Positions 59,292 to 64,000 of a stretch of 64,000 nucleotides of DNA are shown here, one piece after another. Position 1 is the stretch's first letter. Each line of letters opens with the position of its first letter. This DNA is from an uncultured Candidatus Saccharibacteria bacterium. Its GTDB lineage: Bacteria > Patescibacteriota > Doudnabacteria > UBA920. The stretch spans positions 79,833 to 143,832 of the forward strand of contig CAYSUI010000001.1 in assembly GCA_964434195.1 (NCBI GenBank), read 5' to 3'. A program made the position numbers and the translations under genes. The notes beneath the pieces are model-generated. The model was not told where the DNA came from. It searched no databases and saw nothing but the letters and a program-made list of their open reading frames with translations.

Positions 59292-59316
59292 TTTAAATCT
59301 TATTTAATCATTTAAA
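59292..59316. promoter_or_regulatory. 25-nt AT-rich motif shared with 30894-30919 (copy upstream of rpsR start)
   Basis: Plus strand tATTTAATCATTTAAATCTTGTTCAA, about 28 nt upstream of the rpsR ATG. Same orientation relative to the downstream gene as the grpE copy. Confidence 0.4.
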
Positions 59317-59343
59317 TCTTGTTCAATTAATTTAAACTAATTT

Positions 59344-59577
59344 ATGAAACCTAATAATAACAATCAGCCGGTGGTTAAGAAGAATTGTTACTTTTGCAGT
59401 AACAAGATTACTACCGTCGACTATAAAGACACTCAATTACTAAGAAGATTTATGTCTCCTCATGCTAAAATTTTAGCTAATGGCAGAACTGGAAGTTGCC
59501 CTAAGCACCAACGCATGATAACTCTTGCCCTTAAGAGGGCACGTCATATGGCATTTTTGCCATTTGTAGCCGCCTAG
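59344..59577 (+). CDS. rpsR: 30S ribosomal protein S18
   Basis: Conserved S18 core (CYFC...IDYKD..LLRRFMSP..KIL..R.TG.C.KHQR.ITLALKRAR). Confidence 0.9.
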   Translation: MKPNNNNQPVVKKNCYFCSNKITTVDYKDTQLLRRFMSPHAKILANGRTGSCPKHQRMITLALKRARHMAFLPFVAA

Positions 59578-59693
59578 CGGCAATGAGAAGGAAAACATGG
59601 TTTTCCTTCTCATGACTCATCCTTTCCGCTGATATTTCCGAGACACAGCAAAGCTGGATCTCGGAAATTCTATAAATAGATAAAAAATAGAAC

Positions 59694-60254
59694 ATGGATA
59701 TTTCAGATATAAAATTGGGTTCGATTTTGCTTTTTCAGAATGAACCTATGCAAGTTATATGGCACAACCGAATGCGCACTGCGCAGAGAAAACCGGTTAT
59801 GCAAACCAAGCTGCGAAATGTAATAAGCGGTAAGGTTATAGAATACTCTTTTAAGTTCGGTGAAAAGGTTACGGAAGCAGATGTTTCAAGAGAACGTGCC
59901 AACTTCTTGTATGCTGATGCTGAAGGAACCCACTTCATGAATAATGAGACTTTCGAGACTGTAGATTTCCCTAAGGAAGCCACAGAGGAGCAGGAACTAT
60001 TCCTTAAAGAAGGCACAGAGGTACAGATACTCCGCTTCAACGGCAAACCTGTATCTATAGAACTTCCTATAAAAGTTGAACTTAAGGTAATAGAATCCCC
60101 TCCTAATGTTACTGGTAACTCAGGTGGCAATGTTACTAAGCCAGTGAAGCTAGAAACTGGACTAATGGTAAACGCCCCAATGTTCATAAAAGAAGGCGAA
60201 ACAATTCGAGTGGACACCAGAGATGGTGAATACGTAGAAAGAGTTAATAACTAA
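59694..60254 (+). CDS. efp: elongation factor P
   Basis: Three-domain EF-P of 186 aa. Conserved THFMNNETFE and C-terminal GETIRVDTRDGEYVERV. Confidence 0.9.
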   Translation: MDISDIKLGSILLFQNEPMQVIWHNRMRTAQRKPVMQTKLRNVISGKVIEYSFKFGEKVTEADVSRERANFLYADAEGTHFMNNETFETVDFPKEATEEQELFLKEGTEVQILRFNGKPVSIELPIKVELKVIESPPNVTGNSGGNVTKPVKLETGLMVNAPMFIKEGETIRVDTRDGEYVERVNN

Positions 60255-60282
60255 AAAAGAGCCCTTGCAAGGGCTCTTTTTT
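60255..60282 (+). terminator. Rho-independent terminator of efp
   Basis: agagccc-ttgcaa-gggctct followed by TTTTTT. Confidence 0.7.
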
Positions 60283-60445
60283 AATGTTTAAATTAGAAAC
60301 CTGCTGCGAGAAGACCTTAGACCTGAACCTGTAAAACTGATGGAGAACCATAAGGTGTTTGCAATCAGCTTTTACAGATTTATACTCGAAACCCTATTAG
60401 TCAGCAGGTCTTAGATCCGGAATTTCCCGGCAAAGGAGGATTTGT

Positions 60446-61270
60446 ATGGGACCAGGAAAAATGGAGTATTATTGGAAGATCGATAAACTCCGGATAACAA
60501 AGCATTTCTTAACATTGCTTATAGCACCTATACTGGTATATGGATTTCTTGTTTTCAAGCAAGGGACGCTAACACCGTTCATGCTACTCTACAACCTATT
60601 TTTTGCTCTTGTGATAGGTTTTGTGGTTTATGCCATCTACTCGAGAGTAATGATAGCTCTCAAAGAAAGTGTGTATACCAAGAGGCAGAATACCCTGCTT
60701 AAAAACCAAGGCACCTACAATGCTTTTGAAGCTAATGCCGCACTCCACAAACTCGTGGAAGACGGCGATCGGTCTGCAGAAAATCTAGAGAAGATTGAAC
60801 AATTACTTCCGAGAGCGGAATACGGCAGTACGCTATTTATACTTCGATCCAAGAAAAAGAGCCATAACTCTGGACAGGTAGAAGGACTAACTAATACCGG
60901 GGAGACCGTTAGTACCGAAACGACTGATTCTTCTGAAACGGAGACTGTTCAACCCACTAAGGGGAAAATAGGCAACTATCACCTACTTGGTTGTCGGGAT
61001 TGGGTAATCATCCGAAATACCATGGATGTTTATGAACCTAAATATCTCGGAACCGAAGATGAGGAAGATAGATTCCCTTTCCTCGTTGGTATTCACTGGG
61101 ATATGTCTACCGGTAAAATACTGGAAGTATGCTCTGTGGTCTGGGATCCTGGATCCGAAGTTTATGTAATACCCTTGGGTACGGCGATAGGTAGACTTGT
61201 GGTAGTAAAAGAAGATGAAAGCGAAATAAGATTACCTATTTTGTTTGCTGTTAAATCTGACACAATTTAA
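60446..61270 (+). CDS. membrane-anchored hypothetical protein
   Basis: Two N-terminal TM helices. Remainder of the protein is soluble. 274 aa. Confidence 0.45.
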   Translation: MGPGKMEYYWKIDKLRITKHFLTLLIAPILVYGFLVFKQGTLTPFMLLYNLFFALVIGFVVYAIYSRVMIALKESVYTKRQNTLLKNQGTYNAFEANAALHKLVEDGDRSAENLEKIEQLLPRAEYGSTLFILRSKKKSHNSGQVEGLTNTGETVSTETTDSSETETVQPTKGKIGNYHLLGCRDWVIIRNTMDVYEPKYLGTEDEEDRFPFLVGIHWDMSTGKILEVCSVVWDPGSEVYVIPLGTAIGRLVVVKEDESEIRLPILFAVKSDTI

Positions 61271-61306
61271 AACCCCGACTTATTTAAGTCGGGGATTTTT
61301 ATTATT

Positions 61307-62935
61307 TTATTTTAGTCTACTATCGCCGTACTCTAGAGGGTTAAGAACCCCTACTTGGAAGTCGTAACTGTTGGCGGGGACTACTAGCCTGTCTTCTCCT
61401 CCGTTATTTATGAATACCTCATAAGAAGGGACTGGTATAAGACCTAATTCATGAACGAAATATACTGTATTACCACTTTTTACCCAACTACCCCAAGGGT
61501 GCCTGCTGTAGCTTGAACTTACGTTGTAGTTGGACGAAATTAACCCGGTATATCCAACGTCCTTAACATTTTCCCACTTGAAGCCTAGACCTAGAAAAGC
61601 TGATGCACTAGTGAAGCCAGATTTGAGGTTTTTATAAACTATATAGACAGTACCATTTTCTTTAATAAGGGTACCGTTTTTATATATGCTGGAACCATAT
61701 ACCGTACCATAGCCACTACCATAACCACAGTTAGAAATTGGGAGAGTGAATTGGTTTACCCCACGCCTTCCTAATGAATCTGTAACCTGAATTCCGAAAC
61801 TCTGATTGCTACCACAATACGGAGTACCGGTTATTAGCCCGTTATAATTCAGAGTTAATCCACTAGGTAAACTACCAGAGGAAAGTGCGTAGGTGTATGG
61901 ATAACTACCCCCTGCGGCGTTTAATTGAAAAGAATAATATTGGCCCGAATTGGCACTTGGAAGAGTTGTCTGAGTAAAATATGGACTACCCGAGCCATAG
62001 TAATAGCCTGAACCATAGCCAACTACATTAACGTATAGGTACCCACAATTTTGGTTCGTTGCGCAAACTGTAATGGTAGTACTTCCGTTGTTTATTCCGT
62101 TAATTGTAAGACTACTACCTGATACGTAAGCGGAGGCAACATTAGAATTTGAGTTATTTGAAATATAGTACCCTGTACCGTAATTGGTTTGGTTGTTATA
62201 AATAGTTAAATTCCTACTCTGCCCTACTGCAACAGTGGGGCTACTTTCACTAAATGTAATCTGACTTCCATAATAATTACCAGAACCCACTGTTACATAC
62301 AAGATACCGCAAGACGATGAATTACTTGAACAAACGGTAATCTGACTATTACCAGTGCTCTGTCCAAAAACATACAAGTTGCTTCCTGTAATAGAAGCGG
62401 TTACTACACTTGAATTAGAATTGTTGGAAATGTAGTAACTGTTATTGTAACCACCATATATGGAGATGGTTTGAGACTGAGAATAGTTAAGTGTGATATT
62501 ACTCTGACTGAAAGTTATCTGTCCGCCGTAGCAATTGTTGTTGTAATAATTACAACCGCCACAATTGTTGTTATAGCAACTATTATTTGGGTACACAGAC
62601 TGAATACTGGACTGTTGTCCGTTTACGACAACATAGTATTCTACTTGACCACCACCTGTACCAAGCCCGATCATTGTGGAAAAATAACCACCCTGGTCAG
62701 TCATACCAAAATTGGTTATGGTGGTCCAAAGAATAGTACCACTCTGCCTTTGGTTTAGTGTTATTTGGGCGTAGGGGTCTGCACCCGATATAGACAACCG
62801 GATAGTACCACCGTCTTGCTGAGTAATATTTAATTGAGGTTGACCCGCAAAGGCTACGGGTGTAAATGATAGTAGAACTAAACTAATCAATACCCCACTT
62901 ACGATCCGCCCCCATTTTTGAAGTGTATTTGGCAT
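61307..62935 (-). CDS. secreted protein with three tandem ~90-aa repeats (Ig-like, Cys-pair-containing)
   Basis: Signal peptide MPNTLQKWGRIVSGVLISLVLLSFTPVAFA. A repeat of the form ...YYISNNSNS.V.SA..SGS.L...G...G...ITVC..N..CG.LYV.V occurs three times. G/S/Y/N-rich. Confidence 0.55.
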   Translation of the reverse strand: MPNTLQKWGRIVSGVLISLVLLSFTPVAFAGQPQLNITQQDGGTIRLSISGADPYAQITLNQRQSGTILWTTITNFGMTDQGGYFSTMIGLGTGGGQVEYYVVVNGQQSSIQSVYPNNSCYNNNCGGCNYYNNNCYGGQITFSQSNITLNYSQSQTISIYGGYNNSYYISNNSNSSVVTASITGSNLYVFGQSTGNSQITVCSSNSSSCGILYVTVGSGNYYGSQITFSESSPTVAVGQSRNLTIYNNQTNYGTGYYISNNSNSNVASAYVSGSSLTINGINNGSTTITVCATNQNCGYLYVNVVGYGSGYYYGSGSPYFTQTTLPSANSGQYYSFQLNAAGGSYPYTYALSSGSLPSGLTLNYNGLITGTPYCGSNQSFGIQVTDSLGRRGVNQFTLPISNCGYGSGYGTVYGSSIYKNGTLIKENGTVYIVYKNLKSGFTSASAFLGLGFKWENVKDVGYTGLISSNYNVSSSYSRHPWGSWVKSGNTVYFVHELGLIPVPSYEVFINNGGEDRLVVPANSYDFQVGVLNPLEYGDSRLK

Positions 62936-62985
62936 AAAATTTTGTTAGTTGTTTAGCCTTTAATTATACTCTTCGGGGCAAAAGC

Positions 62986-63600
62986 TTACCAGTTCTTAGC
63001 CCCTTCGGTCCAAAAACCTACACCTGTGTATCCCCCAGCACAACCACTTGGATCTCCAGGGTCAGCTACGCACCAAGCCGTGTCCACCAAAAGACCGTTA
63101 TAAAAAGACATATTCTCCGGATTAATATAAGATCCCACCTTAAAATCTCGACCATCAGAAATATACCAATATCCCCTCTCTGTCTCTAACGACTCTTGGC
63201 CGGGCTGGACTTGTCTAGCGTATACATCTCTTAGCTCACTTGCCATAAAAGGGAGTAGCGCCGAGCGAATATCAGCTGCCACAACCTGACCATTGTAGGG
63301 ATTTAAAATATCTCTATCTTTTACTGTGGTAGTAACGCAATCCCAGCAACCCCATTCACCATTGGTGTCATATGGACCAATAAATGTTGCTGGGTAGTAA
63401 TTGTTATGTGCATAAAATAATTCTATAGCAGAATTCAACTGCCTAAGATTACTTGCACGCAACGCATCACGGGAAGTGGACCTTGCTTTTTGTAGAGCTA
63501 CTAATACCAAGGAAGCCAGTAGCGCAATAATAGCTATAACTACCAGTAACTCAATGAGCGTAAAACCAGATTTACTTTTTTTTATATATCCACTACTCAT
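62986..63600 (-). CDS. type IV pilin-like protein (prepilin)
   Basis: KSGFTLIELLVVIAIIALLASLVLVAL prepilin N-terminus. 204 aa. Confidence 0.85.
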   Translation of the reverse strand: MSSGYIKKSKSGFTLIELLVVIAIIALLASLVLVALQKARSTSRDALRASNLRQLNSAIELFYAHNNYYPATFIGPYDTNGEWGCWDCVTTTVKDRDILNPYNGQVVAADIRSALLPFMASELRDVYARQVQPGQESLETERGYWYISDGRDFKVGSYINPENMSFYNGLLVDTAWCVADPGDPSGCAGGYTGVGFWTEGAKNW

Positions 63601-64000
63601 TAAACAAGCTTAAGAATATAAGATAAAACGGATAGAGCTGCTCTTAGTCCTTGACCTTCTGAGACCCCAGTGTTCCCCCCTGTTGAACCCGTGCAATCCC
63701 CAGCAGCGTATACGCCTGGTACGCCTGTTTCCATAAGTGCATTCGTTTTAATAAATCCCTTAGTATCTTTTGAAGTAAGTAAGTCGAAATGGGTATTTGC
63801 GAAGAATTCCTGTTCTATGAAGAGATTGTCCGCTTCTACATTTTCTAGTTGTGTTTTTCCGTTATCGATTTCGATGAATAATTTACCAGACTTTGTATGA
63901 ATTTTTTTTATAATGGAACTATTCTTGAAAGTAATGTTACTCTTTCCTTCTATTTTTTGTTTTTCTGAATCATTTACAGAGAACGAATGTTTAGGATTTA
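63601..64000 (-). CDS. FAD-dependent pyridine nucleotide-disulfide oxidoreductase, thioredoxin-reductase-like (3' part; 5' end beyond window)
   Basis: Hand translation of the minus strand gives ...KGFIKTNALMETGVPGVYAAGDCTGSTGG...ILKLV*. This matches the C-terminal FAD-binding motif of TrxB-like enzymes (hh.T.vPGvfAAGD). Its stop abuts the pilin gene's ATG. Confidence 0.55.

Noticed and set aside
63670-63900. Plus-strand 76-aa ORF at window end
   Set aside because: This is antisense to a minus-strand reading frame that encodes a convincing thioredoxin-reductase-like C-terminus (ETGVPGVYAAGDC).

Overview
This 64-kb window is low-GC, gene-dense bacterial DNA using the standard genetic code (TGA is a stop, e.g. 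in dnaJ). The gene content and style suggest a Candidate Phyla Radiation (Patescibacteria-like) organism: small genes, two type IV pilin-like proteins, a sortase next to large beta-helix surface proteins, and many orphan ORFs. That placement is inference only. Recognisable housekeeping genes include dprA, a CapA-family phosphoesterase, topA, an NDH-2-like oxidoreductase, the hrcA-grpE-dnaK / dnaJ heat-shock cluster with a CIRCE-like operator, a thioredoxin/DsbD-like pair, uvrA and uvrC, secG, an ABC substrate-binding protein, RNase J, trpS, a phosphoglucomutase/phosphomannomutase (PGM/PMM)-family mutase, ychF, rpsF-ssb-rpsR and efp. There are six tRNAs: Lys-TTT, and a cluster of Leu-CAG, Leu-TAG, Arg-CCT, Met-CAT and Val-TAC. 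A thioredoxin-reductase-like gene runs off the 3' edge. The parts that look accessory or unusual are as follows. (1) A roughly 1-kb ORF-free, GC-richer region (2065-3056) carries a recurring TTTATACC octamer and AT-rich tracts, and sits beside a higher-GC two-gene operon of unknown Cys-rich proteins (121-2064). (2) tRNA-Lys appears to be an integration hotspot: the first 17 nt of its 3' end are copied at least five times as direct repeats, once as a 51-nt copy. An identical 43-nt repeat pair lies 4.8 kb apart, bracketing a transporter, a TrmB-family regulator, an orphan ORF and an N-terminally truncated large serine recombinase. Higher-GC orphan cassettes lie on both sides. (3) A near-identical 25-nt AT-rich motif lies just upstream of the start codons of grpE and rpsR. 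(4) A sortase operon has an upstream substrate carrying a non-LPXTG C-terminal sorting signal. No CRISPR array, rRNA or intact transposase was seen. Many orphan ORFs cannot be assigned a function from sequence alone.
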